Counted from the first letter of the stretch, positions 30,166-39,746 are shown. The stretch is 64,000 bases of DNA from Bacteroidales bacterium (GCA_034679225.1 JAXDBC010000094.1:960-64959); one strand, 5' to 3'. Notes: generated by a model not told the origin, from the sequence alone. A program made the numbers and translations.

Positions 30166-31269
30166 ATGCCGGAAGTTTCTTTAAAGCACAAGATCGCTTT
30201 AAGCCTGATACCACGTATAGGTGATATCAGCGCCCGAAAACTCGTTTCGCATTTCGGAAGCGTTGAAGCCATTTTTAATGAACCCTACCGGAACCTGGTC
30301 AGGATTCCCGGCATAGGAGCAGGACTGGCAAAATATATATGCGACAGATCCTACCTCAGAATTGCCGAAAAAGAGGAAGAATATGTTATAAAACATAATA
30401 TCCGGACATATTTTTATCTTGATAATGATTATCCGTTCAGACTCAGGCAGTGCGAGGATTCACCCGTCATTTTCTATTTCAGGGGAAAATGCGACCTTAA
30501 CAGTTCCAGGATACTGAGCGTAATAGGCACAAGGAATGCAAGTTCCAGAGGAAGGGAATTATGCAATAAGATAATAGAATCGCTTGCTGAAAGACATCCC
30601 GATCTTATTATAGTCAGCGGACTTGCCTACGGGATCGATATTGCCGCTCATAAGGCCGCGCTCGCGAATAATCTGCAAACAATCGCAGTCCTTGGTCACG
30701 GTTTCCAGACAATCTACCCTTCAATCCACACGTCGACCGCCGAAGAAATATTGAAAAAAGGAGGATTGTTAACTGATTTCGTCTCCAATACCCTGCCCGA
30801 AAAAAACAACTTTATAAAAAGGAACAGGATTATTGCAGGATTATCCGATGCAACCCTGGTTGTCGAATCGGGTATCAAAGGAGGGGCGCTTATAACCGCC
30901 GATATTGCAAATTCCTACAACCGCGATGTTTTCGCGGTTCCGGGAAGACCCGACGACCAATGGTCGGCCGGATGCAATAACCTGATAAAAAAGAATAAGG
31001 CAGCCCTTGCTGAATCAGCCGAGGATATTGAAAATATTATGGGATGGGAACCCGAAAAACCTGCAAAGGCGGTGCAGACAGCCCTTTTCTCCGAAATGAC
31101 CGAAACGGAACAAAAGATCTTCAATCTGATATACAAGGAAGGCGAAATTACAATAGACCAGATCTGCAGGGACCTTGATATTCCAATCAGCAAGTTGTCA
31201 TCCCTGCTGCTTCAGATGGAATTCAGGGGACTGGTAAAATGCTGCCCGGGAAATCTTTACAGGAGCTGA
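30166..31269 (+). CDS. dprA: DNA-processing protein DprA
   Basis: 367 aa with the Rossmann-like core GTRNASSRG...SGLAYGIDIAAH...GGALITA and a C-terminal winged-helix-like tail. Confidence 0.9.
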   Translation: MPEVSLKHKIALSLIPRIGDISARKLVSHFGSVEAIFNEPYRNLVRIPGIGAGLAKYICDRSYLRIAEKEEEYVIKHNIRTYFYLDNDYPFRLRQCEDSPVIFYFRGKCDLNSSRILSVIGTRNASSRGRELCNKIIESLAERHPDLIIVSGLAYGIDIAAHKAALANNLQTIAVLGHGFQTIYPSIHTSTAEEILKKGGLLTDFVSNTLPEKNNFIKRNRIIAGLSDATLVVESGIKGGALITADIANSYNRDVFAVPGRPDDQWSAGCNNLIKKNKAALAESAEDIENIMGWEPEKPAKAVQTALFSEMTETEQKIFNLIYKEGEITIDQICRDLDIPISKLSSLLLQMEFRGLVKCCPGNLYRS

Positions 31270-31280
31270 ATAGAAGGCTC

Positions 31281-31336
31281 AGGGCACAGGGCACAGGGCA
31301 CAGGGCGCAGGGCACAGGGCACAGGGCGCAGGGCGA
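31281..31336 (+). repeat. Tandem heptamer array (AGGGCRC)x8, G-quadruplex-type
   Basis: Eight consecutive 7-nt units (AGGGCAC x5, AGGGCGC x2, AGGGCGA x1) start 12 nt after the dprA stop. GGG runs are spaced by 4 nt. Confidence 0.9.
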
Positions 31337-31507
31337 AAGAACGGCTTTATATCGAAATCATATTGGTTAATATTCCATGGTTTTTCTAATTTTAGCACCC
31401 GGATCTTATTATCTGCCTTTAAAAATGAATGCAGAAGTACAGCTCTTCATGACTATTATAAAACCCGTGAAAGTGGCTAACGCTGTGATTTCTAAGGAAC
31501 TTGTTTG

Positions 31508-32281
31508 ATGCAACTGATAGACACGCATACCCATATTTACCTCCCTGAATTTGACGACGACAGGGACCAGGCAATAGAAAGAGCTGTAAACGCGGGTGTT
31601 GTGAAACTGCTTTTGCCTAATATCAATTCTGCTTCCATCGAAAGAATGCTGGCTGCCGAAGAACGATACCCCGGGATATGCCACCCGATGATCGGACTGC
31701 ATCCCACTTCTGTTTCAGATAATTATCACGAAGAACTTGAAGTTATTGAGCTTGCCGCTTCATCGCGTAGCTACATTGCCGTCGGTGAAATCGGAATAGA
31801 CCTTTACTGGGATAAAAGCTATCTCAGTCATCAGATCGAAGTCTTTAAAAGACAGATTGCCATGGCAATCTCTTCCTCACTGCCGGTGGTTATCCACTCG
31901 CGCAATTCGTTTCCTGAAGTGTTCCGGGCACTCGAAGAGTTCAGGGGATCGGGCCTCACAGGTGTCTTTCATGCATTCACGGGTACAGCAGATGATGCAG
32001 CCAGGGCAGTGGATATGGGATTCAAAATCGGCATAGGAGGCATAGTTACCTTTAAAAATTCCGCCCTTCCGGACATTGTAAGAGAAGCCGGACCTGATAA
32101 TATAATCCTGGAAACAGATTCTCCCTATCTTGCACCTGTGCCTTACCGTGGAAAAAGAAACGAGAGTTCTTATATTTGTCTTGTGAATGACAAGGTGGCT
32201 GAAATTCTTGGGATGACCAGGGAAGAAACCGCCGAAGTTACATACAGGAACTCCATTCAACTTTTCAGATTAATAAAATGA
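31508..32281 (+). CDS. TatD family metal-dependent hydrolase
   Basis: N-terminal LIDTHTH motif and EIGIDLYW, about 257 aa. The ATG at 31508 lies directly after the TTG at 31505. Confidence 0.85.
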   Translation: MQLIDTHTHIYLPEFDDDRDQAIERAVNAGVVKLLLPNINSASIERMLAAEERYPGICHPMIGLHPTSVSDNYHEELEVIELAASSRSYIAVGEIGIDLYWDKSYLSHQIEVFKRQIAMAISSSLPVVIHSRNSFPEVFRALEEFRGSGLTGVFHAFTGTADDAARAVDMGFKIGIGGIVTFKNSALPDIVREAGPDNIILETDSPYLAPVPYRGKRNESSYICLVNDKVAEILGMTREETAEVTYRNSIQLFRLIK

Positions 32282-32285
32282 TTTT

Positions 32286-33320
32286 ATGACAGGCAGGAAT
32301 GAGATATCGATCCTTCTGATCTATACAGGAGGAACCATCGGTATGGTACACGATCCGGTAACCGGCTCCCTGATCCCGATCGATTTCAAGCTGATTACCA
32401 CCCATGTACCCGAACTAAGCAAGTTCGGGTACGATATTCAGGCAATCTCGTTCGATCCTGTAAAGGACTCCTCCAATATCGATCCCCACGTATGGATCAG
32501 GCTGGCCGAAATAATAGAAGAGTTTTACGACAGATTCGACGGCTTTGTTGTTCTTCACGGAACCGATACCATGGCATATACGGCATCAGCCCTCAGCTTT
32601 ATGCTCGAAAACCTGAGGAAACCGGTTATCTTTACCGGCTCACAACTGCCCATTGGACTGCTAAGGACTGACGGCAGGGAAAACCTTATAACCGCCATTG
32701 AAATAGCTGCTGCAAGTGATCTTGGTCTGTCACTTGTTCCGGAAGTGAGTATTTATTTCGACAACAAGCTGACCCGTGGCAACCGCACAAGAAAATACAG
32801 CGCGGAACATTTTGACGTGTTTAAATCGCCGAATTATCCACCGTTGGTAGAGGCTGGTATTCATGTGAAATACAACACCCACGTGATCATGTATCCCGAT
32901 CCGGACAGATACCTGATTGTAAGAAAATCGTTCGATACCAATGTGGCCATCCTTAAGATCTTCCCCGGAATCAGCAGGAACCTGGTAACCGCGATAACAC
33001 ACACCGAAGGGCTGAGAGGACTGATCATAGAGACTTTTGGGTCGGGTAATGCACCAACCTATCCATGGTTCATCGAAGAATTGAAATCTTATATCGCGAG
33101 GGGCGGTATTATTTTTAATGTAACACAGTGTCATGGAGGAAGCGTGGAGATGGGAGTGTATGAAACAAGCCTTGAGATGCGCGAGGCAGGCGTGATCAGC
33201 GGAAAGGACATTACCTCCGAGGCAGCAGTCACAAAGCTGATGTTCCTGCTGGGCACATGCAATTCAAGGGAGGAAGTTGAAAAAAACCTGCAAAGGTCGA
33301 TGGCAGGGGAGATGTCGTGA
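32286..33320 (+). CDS. ansA: Type I L-asparaginase
   Basis: 344 aa with catalytic motifs IYTGGTIGM and LHGTDTMAYTA. Confidence 0.85.
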   Translation: MTGRNEISILLIYTGGTIGMVHDPVTGSLIPIDFKLITTHVPELSKFGYDIQAISFDPVKDSSNIDPHVWIRLAEIIEEFYDRFDGFVVLHGTDTMAYTASALSFMLENLRKPVIFTGSQLPIGLLRTDGRENLITAIEIAAASDLGLSLVPEVSIYFDNKLTRGNRTRKYSAEHFDVFKSPNYPPLVEAGIHVKYNTHVIMYPDPDRYLIVRKSFDTNVAILKIFPGISRNLVTAITHTEGLRGLIIETFGSGNAPTYPWFIEELKSYIARGGIIFNVTQCHGGSVEMGVYETSLEMREAGVISGKDITSEAAVTKLMFLLGTCNSREEVEKNLQRSMAGEMS

Positions 33321-33467
33321 GCGATAAGCGGTACGAGGTAGACGGGAAGCGGTGGGTGCCGGAGGACGTGAGACAGGATGCGGCAGGCGGTACGGGGTAC
33401 GCGGCGGAACTAAGTGCCAGAGGGTTGCCGGTTAAAAAATAATTTGTAAATTGCGCCGCCATTTCCC

Positions 33468-33555
33468 GGAGAGATGCAGGAGTGGTTGAACTGGCCCGCC
33501 TGGAAAGCGAGTATACCTCAAAAGGGTATCGGGGGTTCGAATCCCCCTCTCTCCG
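33468..33555 (+). tRNA. tRNA-Ser (anticodon GGA)
   Basis: Acceptor GGAGAGA/TCTCTCC, anticodon loop CTGGAAA, long variable arm TATACCTCAAAAGGGTATC and T-arm GGGGGTTCGAATCCCCC. Folded by eye. Confidence 0.85.
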
Positions 33556-33607
33556 CAACAACAAAATACTCCCGTTCAGCCCTCATTCTGAACGGGATTT
33601 TTGTTTT

Positions 33608-34108
33608 TCAGGGCATCTCTCGTTTTGTTTTACCCGATACGGATGATATATCCAAACGGATGATAGCAGTATGATGAAAGGATTTTTCGGCATGTTTAAG
33701 ACCAACTACTTTGTCATTCGGCGAGTACTTGTCCAAAATCAACTCCAAAGCCCGCATCCGTTCTTCAGCGGAAATGTCTATGACGGCAGTACCTCGTACA
33801 AGAATACTTTCATAAGTGGTCGTGAATTTGTGAGGGATTACATTCGTTTGTCCTACAACGCAGAATGAAACCCTGGAGTTGTCTCTTATACAGTTCAATT
33901 TATGTCCTTCAGGTGCGCAATGGAAATATATTGCTCCCTCACCATTCCACACATAACTAATAGGAATACCATAAGCTCCGCTTCCCTCTGAATCGGTTTC
34001 TACCATTGACAGAAATCCGAATTCTCCCGAACGCAATAAATCAGTTGCATGCTTCTCATCCAACAGACGATCCTGTCTGCGAACATTATCATTTATATAC
34101 TTCATCAC
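33608..34108 (-). CDS. Pyridoxamine 5'-phosphate oxidase-family (flavin-binding split-barrel) protein
   Basis: 166 aa. Its start overlaps the hcpR stop (ATGA at 34105-34108). The general PNPOx-like pattern was recognised by eye. Confidence 0.6.
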   Translation of the reverse strand: MMKYINDNVRRQDRLLDEKHATDLLRSGEFGFLSMVETDSEGSGAYGIPISYVWNGEGAIYFHCAPEGHKLNCIRDNSRVSFCVVGQTNVIPHKFTTTYESILVRGTAVIDISAEERMRALELILDKYSPNDKVVGLKHAEKSFHHTAIIRLDISSVSGKTKREMP

Positions 34109-34764
34109 ATCAAATCTTTTAATTTACTTATATCGGTGATACGACCTGCTCCGCCTTTAAACTCTATTATTCCATCGCGCGACATTTCTGATATAGCTCT
34201 TGACAGCGAGGGACGTTCAACTCCAAAATAACCGGCCAGAGAGGCTATACTTCTATCAAATTCAAACCGACCTTGTTTAGCTCGCAGCAAGATATAATAC
34301 GCAACTTTTGCTTTAATGCCTTTTTGTGCGAATATTTTTAGCCTTTCAGAAAGAAATTGAATACGGTTGGCATTATACGCCAGAAATCCACGTAAAAATC
34401 CGGGGCACTCTGCCATCTGTTTTTCAACCGACTTTTTACTTATGCGCACTATTTCACAATCTTCCGCGGCTATAACATCTACCGGAAAACGATTGTTGTC
34501 AGCAAAAATAAAGGCTGCCGCCAGAGGATACGGCGCCGATAACTCTTCAACCGGAATTGTCATACCTGAATCTGCAACCATTTCAGTTTTCACTCTGCCT
34601 TTAGACAACATAAATAAAAATGTGACTACATCCCCCTGACAGGCAATATATTCCCCACGCTTATATGTTTTCATGCTATGCTCAATTGTGCATTTAATTC
34701 TCGCTATTTCTTCCTCTGTTTTTTCCCGACAAAAGGAACAGAAAAATAATAAGTCTTTGTTCAT
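34105..34764 (-). CDS. Crp/Fnr family transcriptional regulator (HcpR-like)
   Basis: cNMP-binding-like barrel plus a C-terminal HTH (SIASLAGYFGVERPSLSRAISEMSRDGII). It is divergent from hcp. The first ATG is at 34764; the ORF-track start 34812 is TTG. Confidence 0.75.
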   Translation of the reverse strand: MNKDLLFFCSFCREKTEEEIARIKCTIEHSMKTYKRGEYIACQGDVVTFLFMLSKGRVKTEMVADSGMTIPVEELSAPYPLAAAFIFADNNRFPVDVIAAEDCEIVRISKKSVEKQMAECPGFLRGFLAYNANRIQFLSERLKIFAQKGIKAKVAYYILLRAKQGRFEFDRSIASLAGYFGVERPSLSRAISEMSRDGIIEFKGGAGRITDISKLKDLM

Positions 34765-34837
34765 TGACTTAATAATTATTTGTGAATAAGCCGGATAATT
34801 GAGTTTAATCAATAGCCGGATAGTTTTTAATCTTTTA

Positions 34838-34845
34838 CAAAGATA
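34838..34845 (-). promoter_or_regulatory. -7 promoter box (TAnnTTTG on the minus strand) for hcpR
   Basis: The plus strand reads CAAAGATA, which is TATCTTTG on the minus strand, upstream of the hcpR start codons. Confidence 0.4.
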
Positions 34846-34865
34846 GCTATAATCTTTTCACAGGT

Positions 34866-34879
34866 GTAACATTTGTTAC
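34866..34879. promoter_or_regulatory. Candidate HcpR operator GTAAC-N4-GTTAC
   Basis: Perfect palindrome GTAACATTTGTTAC lies in the hcpR-hcp divergent intergenic region, 80 nt upstream of hcp. It matches the HcpR-type consensus as I recall it from comparative-genomics literature. Confidence 0.55.
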
Positions 34880-34958
34880 GGTATTACATTGCCTGGCCAA
34901 TTAACTTCGCGACCAATAAATAAATCTAAAATGATAATTATTAACTGCAAAAACCAAG

Positions 34959-36617
34959 ATGATGAATATGTTTTGTTTTCAATGCCAGGAAACAGCCCAA
35001 AATAAGGGCTGTACCGTGAAGGGTGTTTGTGGAAAAACCGCAGATGTAGCCAATCTTCAGGATTTATTGATATTCATGCTGAAAGGAATCTCAAGAAACA
35101 CTGTAAAGTTTCGTGAAAACGGTGTTGGGGTTCCGGCGGCGACGAACCGTTTTGTAATAGAGTCATTATTTATGACCATTACTAATGCCAATTTTGATAA
35201 AGATCGTTTCGTGAAGCGTATTCATGAGGCTATCTTACTTCGTGACAAACTTTCAGCAGAACTGAAAACAAAAGGCATCTCAGAGCCTTATTGTCCGGAC
35301 TGCGATTGTACTACGTGGAAAGCTGACACTTTGGAAGAGATGGAAGCAAAAGCAGTAACTACAGGTGTGCTTAAAACCGGAAATGAAGATATACGCTCTC
35401 TGCGTGAACTACTTATATACGGTTTGAAGGGAATTTCAGCTTACGCCGAACACGCATCTAATCTGGGCTATGAGGATGATGACATTCATGCTTTTTTACA
35501 ACAGTCACTTGTGGCAACAACAGAAGAACTTTCAGCAGATGAGCTGACAGCGCTAGTGTTGAAATGTGGTGAATATGGTGTAAAAACCATGGCTTTGCTC
35601 GACAAAGCAAATACATCAACATACGGTAACCCTGAAATTACAAGGGTAAATATTGGAGTCCGTAACAATCCTGCTATCTTGATTTCCGGTCATGACCTGC
35701 GTGACATGCAGGATTTGCTGGAACAGACAGAAGGAACAGGAGTGGATGTCTATACTCACAGCGAAATGCTTCCTGCTCACTATTATCCTGCTTTCAGGAA
35801 ATACAGCCATTTTGCAGGCAACTATGGCAGCGCCTGGTGGCATCAGAATGAGGACTTCGAGTCTTTCAACGGGGTAATCCTCTTTACTACAAACTGTATC
35901 GTCCCTCCCCGCTCAACATCGACTTACACCGACCGGGTTTATACAACAGGAGCATCCGGATTTGCCGGATTCACACACGTGGCAGACCGTAAAAATGGCA
36001 AACCAAAGGATTTTTCCAAATTGATAGAACATGCAAAACGTTTGAAATCTCCGACAGAAATCGAAACAGGTGAAATTATTGGTGGATTTGCACATGCTCA
36101 GGTATTTGCCCTGGCTGACAAAGTGGTTGATGCTGTGAAATCAGGAGCTATACGAAAGTTTTTTGTAATGGCAGGTTGTGACGGACGTATGAAGAGCCGT
36201 AGCTATTATACTGAGTTTGCAGAAAAACTTCCAAAAGATACTGTTATATTGACTGCCGGTTGTGCCAAATATCGTTACAATAAACTTCCGCTGGGAGATA
36301 TTGGCGGGATACCTAGGGTGCTTGATGCAGGACAGTGTAACGACAGTTACTCTCTTGCTCTTATTGCCCTGAAACTGAAAGAGCTGTTTGAATTGAATGA
36401 TATCAACGATCTGCCGATTGCCTACAATATCGCCTGGTACGAACAAAAGGCAGTTATAGTGTTACTTGCCTTGTTATCGCTTGGCGTTAAAAACATTCAC
36501 TTCGGTCCTACTCTGCCGGCATTCCTGTCGCCAAACGTGGCTAAGGTTCTAACTGACAACTTTGGAATCGCGGGTATAACCACAGCTGACGAAGATATGA
36601 AGATGTTTATGGCTTAA
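34959..36617 (+). CDS. hcp: Hydroxylamine reductase / hybrid-cluster protein
   Basis: 552 aa with the N-terminal Cys motif MFCFQCQET...C...C. Length and layout are typical of class I Hcp. Confidence 0.9.
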   Translation: MMNMFCFQCQETAQNKGCTVKGVCGKTADVANLQDLLIFMLKGISRNTVKFRENGVGVPAATNRFVIESLFMTITNANFDKDRFVKRIHEAILLRDKLSAELKTKGISEPYCPDCDCTTWKADTLEEMEAKAVTTGVLKTGNEDIRSLRELLIYGLKGISAYAEHASNLGYEDDDIHAFLQQSLVATTEELSADELTALVLKCGEYGVKTMALLDKANTSTYGNPEITRVNIGVRNNPAILISGHDLRDMQDLLEQTEGTGVDVYTHSEMLPAHYYPAFRKYSHFAGNYGSAWWHQNEDFESFNGVILFTTNCIVPPRSTSTYTDRVYTTGASGFAGFTHVADRKNGKPKDFSKLIEHAKRLKSPTEIETGEIIGGFAHAQVFALADKVVDAVKSGAIRKFFVMAGCDGRMKSRSYYTEFAEKLPKDTVILTAGCAKYRYNKLPLGDIGGIPRVLDAGQCNDSYSLALIALKLKELFELNDINDLPIAYNIAWYEQKAVIVLLALLSLGVKNIHFGPTLPAFLSPNVAKVLTDNFGIAGITTADEDMKMFMA

Positions 36618-36638
36618 CTGCAATCAATGAATTCTTCA

Positions 36639-37583
36639 TCAGGCTTGATATACCCTCGATACTCGCTCTTTTATAAGCTCATGAAATGAATTTTTCATGT
36701 CACCAGGCAGAAAACTTATGTTTATGAATTCATGCCATTTCTCTTCGGCATTCCTGAATCTGTTAAACATATTTTCAATTGCCCTGGCATCTATATCAAA
36801 CCTGTTTATAGCTGCCAGAAAGTCATTTCTCCTGAGTTTCTTCTTTTTGCCATTTAAGGTCAGTGCCAGGTCTTCGTCATCTTCCACTACAAGACTTGTT
36901 GCTAACATATCATAAGCCGGACTTAACACGTAACCCAATCCTTGTCTGTCATATAGTGAGAAATTCTTTAAATGCATATCTGTATTACCGGTCAGGAAAG
37001 AGAACAGAACTTGTTCGAAGAAATTAATAATGTCTAATCCGGGATTTGCTGAGTATCTGATAATGGCTTTCCCGATTTGTTCATAGGAACCATTGTATTT
37101 ATGTTCAGTCAGTCTTTCTGTCAGCTGACACATATCTTCCATATGAATCTTTGCCTCATTTATCCTGTCAATCCGTTTGGTTATGTATGAAAGTTTACCG
37201 GATTTCAGCCTGATCAGGGAGTGAGGTACTACATCCATTCCCGAAATTTCGGCAAGATGCATCGTGAGATCTTCAAGTTCAGGAAGAAACCAGTATTGTG
37301 TTGTAGGTGGTTTTAAAATATACCCACCCCAGAGTCCCACTATTGTAAACCGCCGGGGTTCATCTTTCTTGGCAAACTTCTCAAGATGTAAAGATAATTT
37401 TGGTTGCACCCCTGTTACAGTTGTTTGGGTTTTAACGACCTTTTCAGCAAGCTGTAACATTTGATCTTCTGAATAAGGCAATTCAGGAGGATTGGGAGTT
37501 CCGAATATTTTCCCGGAGCAAGTACTATGGAATTCCGATTTCTCTTCCCCCAACTGTTCATAACAAAATAAGCATCTCCCCAT
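36639..37583 (-). CDS. HipA-family kinase toxin, kinase (C-terminal) part only (HipT-like)
   Basis: 314 aa with the P-loop-like segment TVTGVQPKLSL and catalytic motif TGNTDMHLKNFS. The N-terminal Cys-rich extension is CLFCYEQL...HSTCSGKIFG. Confidence 0.8.
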   Translation of the reverse strand: MGRCLFCYEQLGEEKSEFHSTCSGKIFGTPNPPELPYSEDQMLQLAEKVVKTQTTVTGVQPKLSLHLEKFAKKDEPRRFTIVGLWGGYILKPPTTQYWFLPELEDLTMHLAEISGMDVVPHSLIRLKSGKLSYITKRIDRINEAKIHMEDMCQLTERLTEHKYNGSYEQIGKAIIRYSANPGLDIINFFEQVLFSFLTGNTDMHLKNFSLYDRQGLGYVLSPAYDMLATSLVVEDDEDLALTLNGKKKKLRRNDFLAAINRFDIDARAIENMFNRFRNAEEKWHEFINISFLPGDMKNSFHELIKERVSRVYQA

Positions 37584-37592
37584 ATTCTGAAA

Positions 37593-37913
37593 TTATGAGT
37601 TATCTTCTTCGATACTAACTGCACCTATGCAATTCTTGCAACATACAAGCAGTAAACCCATGCGGTCACGGGCATTCAATTTCCAGTTCTTTTCAGCAAT
37701 TTCCAATAACCAGCCTTCAGGAATCAGGCCATCAAAAAAAGGAATCATTGTCCTGCTTACATGAGGCTTGTCCTGTAAAGGAAGAGTGAGACTTACTGGT
37801 TGGGCCAATGATCCGGTCAAATATTTTGTATCATATACAAATGAATAACCTTCTTCTGATTCAGTCAAATAACCGGCCAGTTCACTGTACATGTAGACTT
37901 TTGCTTTTCTCAT
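37593..37913 (-). CDS. HipA N-terminal-domain protein (HipS-like)
   Basis: 106 aa, 9 nt upstream of the kinase gene. The sequence (VYMYSELAGYLTE...FFDGLIPEGW) corresponds to the N-subdomain missing from the kinase ORF. Confidence 0.75.
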   Translation of the reverse strand: MRKAKVYMYSELAGYLTESEEGYSFVYDTKYLTGSLAQPVSLTLPLQDKPHVSRTMIPFFDGLIPEGWLLEIAEKNWKLNARDRMGLLLVCCKNCIGAVSIEEDNS

Positions 37914-38140
37914 TTTCTCAAAAGTTTTCCACGGTTTATTGGTTGTGGTCCCAGTTCCTGCCCAAACAGTTTCAATACTTGATTTACTTTATCCATCCTT
38001 AATGTCGTTTTACCCTGTTCAAGGTCACGGATAAACCGTAATCCTACACCAGCTTTCTCGGACAATTGTTGTTGAGTCAGATTTAATTGCTTTCTTTTAT
38101 TTTTAAGAAAACCTGACAATGTCATTGGAATCTGTTCCAT
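37910..38140 (-). CDS. XRE-family HTH regulator (HipB / y4mF-like)
   Basis: 76 aa with HTH LTQQQLSEKAGVGLRFIRDLEQGK. Its stop overlaps the HipS-like start (ATGA at 37910-37913). Confidence 0.8.
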   Translation of the reverse strand: MEQIPMTLSGFLKNKRKQLNLTQQQLSEKAGVGLRFIRDLEQGKTTLRMDKVNQVLKLFGQELGPQPINRGKLLRK

Positions 38141-38145
38141 CTTTT

Positions 38146-38288
38146 TATACCTTTCAGGGTATAAAAATAATAATAATTTATATAGACATATACCTTTTAG
38201 GGTATAAAAGTCAAATAATTAAATATAAATATACCCGCTCGGGTATACAACATGCTTTTGGGCACATTATTATACCCGATAAGGTTCA
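38146..38288. promoter_or_regulatory. Array of TATACC-N6-GGTATA palindromes (candidate HipB operators)
   Basis: Perfect copies lie at 38146-38163, 38189-38206 and 38230-38247. A degenerate fourth copy (TATACC-N6-GGTTCA) lies at 38271-38288. Centre-to-centre spacing is 43, 41 and 41 bp. The array starts 6 nt upstream of the HTH gene. Confidence 0.6.
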
Positions 38289-38525
38289 TTGTCCCAGACT
38301 TTTTGCTCCCCCGGGGGACTCAATAAACTGTTCTGGGAATCATTCCGGTTATTTCCGACTGAGCGCTGACAGCTGACAGGGCTCAAAATCATACGAATTT
38401 TTCGTCGGATTTCCTTGCTTTCTTTTCTCTTTTTTCATAATTTGGTCATGTCTCGTTGCTGATTTTTTATGATCCCTTTTCATCCATGCAGGCCATGGCC
38501 TGTTATTCATTGGGCATCTGTCATC

Positions 38526-39746
38526 ATGAGGCCGCTTTTGTCGCTATGCCTCTGGCTCCTTGCTTGTGCCATGCTTTCAGGTCAGGTCTGTTCAATATCT
38601 GCCGAACATACCGATGCCATGTGTTTCGGAGAGCCGACCGGCACAATAAACATCACCGTAAGCGGAGGCCTTGAACCATATCAATTCTCATGGACCGGTC
38701 CGGGATCATTTACCAGCACTGACCAGAATCTGAGCGGACTGAGCGCCGGGAACTATACCGTGGTTGTCAGCGATGCCGGTGGTATTTGCCATGATACGGC
38801 AAGAATAACCGTCGGACAGCCGGATCATCCGATGGAATTCAGCGTCCAGCCTCTCGACCAGACTGACTGTTACGGTAATACTGTTGAGTTTTTGGCTCAG
38901 GTCGATGGTTTTATCGGGCCGGTAAGCTACCAGTGGCAATCAAGGCCTCCGGAAGCTGAGTTCAATGATATAAACTCTGAAACCTCCCCCGTTCTGGTTA
39001 TTCATGATATCGGCGTAAGCGGTCAAAACATCCATGGCACCGAATACCGTCTGATTGCCTCTGACAATTGTTCAACAATAGCTTCCGAAGCAGCCCTTCT
39101 TGAGATAAATGCAGTGACCGGACTGACCGGTTCGGTCAATCTGACGATCTGCAGCGGCAGCGGCACATCATATGAAGTTTCAACCAGGGGAAATGTAACC
39201 GCTTACCTGTGGTCATTCAATGACGGCACGGGCTGGCAGCCGATAAACGACAACAGCACTTATTCGGGAACCACAACCCAACGACTTACAATATCGGATG
39301 CATCACCTTTACAAACCGGAGCTTACAGGGTGTCTGTCACCTTTACCACCCTGAACCAGCCTGAAAGCTATCCCGTATGCGTGGTCACAACGCATACGCG
39401 GAACCGGAACCTGATGGTAATGCCGCCGCTAATGCCGCCTGTAATTTCTTCTGATCAGGCAATCTGTCTGGGTGAAACTCCGGCTCCGCTCACTGCAACT
39501 TCATCAACAGGCGGATCCGGACCACCATTCTCGTATCAATGGCAGTTCAGCACCGATAATGTAAACTGGATTGACCTGACCGGAGAACAGGGTCTTTCAT
39601 ACTCCCCTCCTCCCCTGCTGACAACGACCTGGTACAGAATAGCCGTAACAGACGAAGGCCCCATGAACTGCGGAACCGCATACGCTTTTCCTGCCGCGAT
39701 TGTTGTCAATCCCCTGCCTTTAACATCAGCGATTTATCATAACTAA
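38526..39746 (+). CDS. Secreted SprB-repeat / Ig-like repeat surface protein (no T9SS CTD; ends ...TSAIYHN)
   Basis: Signal peptide MRPLLSLCLWLLACAMLSGQ at ATG 38526. SprB-type repeat CFGEPTGTINITVSGGLEPYQFSWTG...GNYTVVVSDAGGIC, followed by Ig-like modules (YQWQ...). Confidence 0.7.
   Translation: MRPLLSLCLWLLACAMLSGQVCSISAEHTDAMCFGEPTGTINITVSGGLEPYQFSWTGPGSFTSTDQNLSGLSAGNYTVVVSDAGGICHDTARITVGQPDHPMEFSVQPLDQTDCYGNTVEFLAQVDGFIGPVSYQWQSRPPEAEFNDINSETSPVLVIHDIGVSGQNIHGTEYRLIASDNCSTIASEAALLEINAVTGLTGSVNLTICSGSGTSYEVSTRGNVTAYLWSFNDGTGWQPINDNSTYSGTTTQRLTISDASPLQTGAYRVSVTFTTLNQPESYPVCVVTTHTRNRNLMVMPPLMPPVISSDQAICLGETPAPLTATSSTGGSGPPFSYQWQFSTDNVNWIDLTGEQGLSYSPPPLLTTTWYRIAVTDEGPMNCGTAYAFPAAIVVNPLPLTSAIYHN

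Noticed and set aside
33229-33564. 111-aa minus-strand ORF and 66-aa plus-strand ORF (33474-33674) across the ansA 3' region
   Set aside because: They overlap the tRNA-Ser gene and the G-rich repeat, and are not credible coding sequence.
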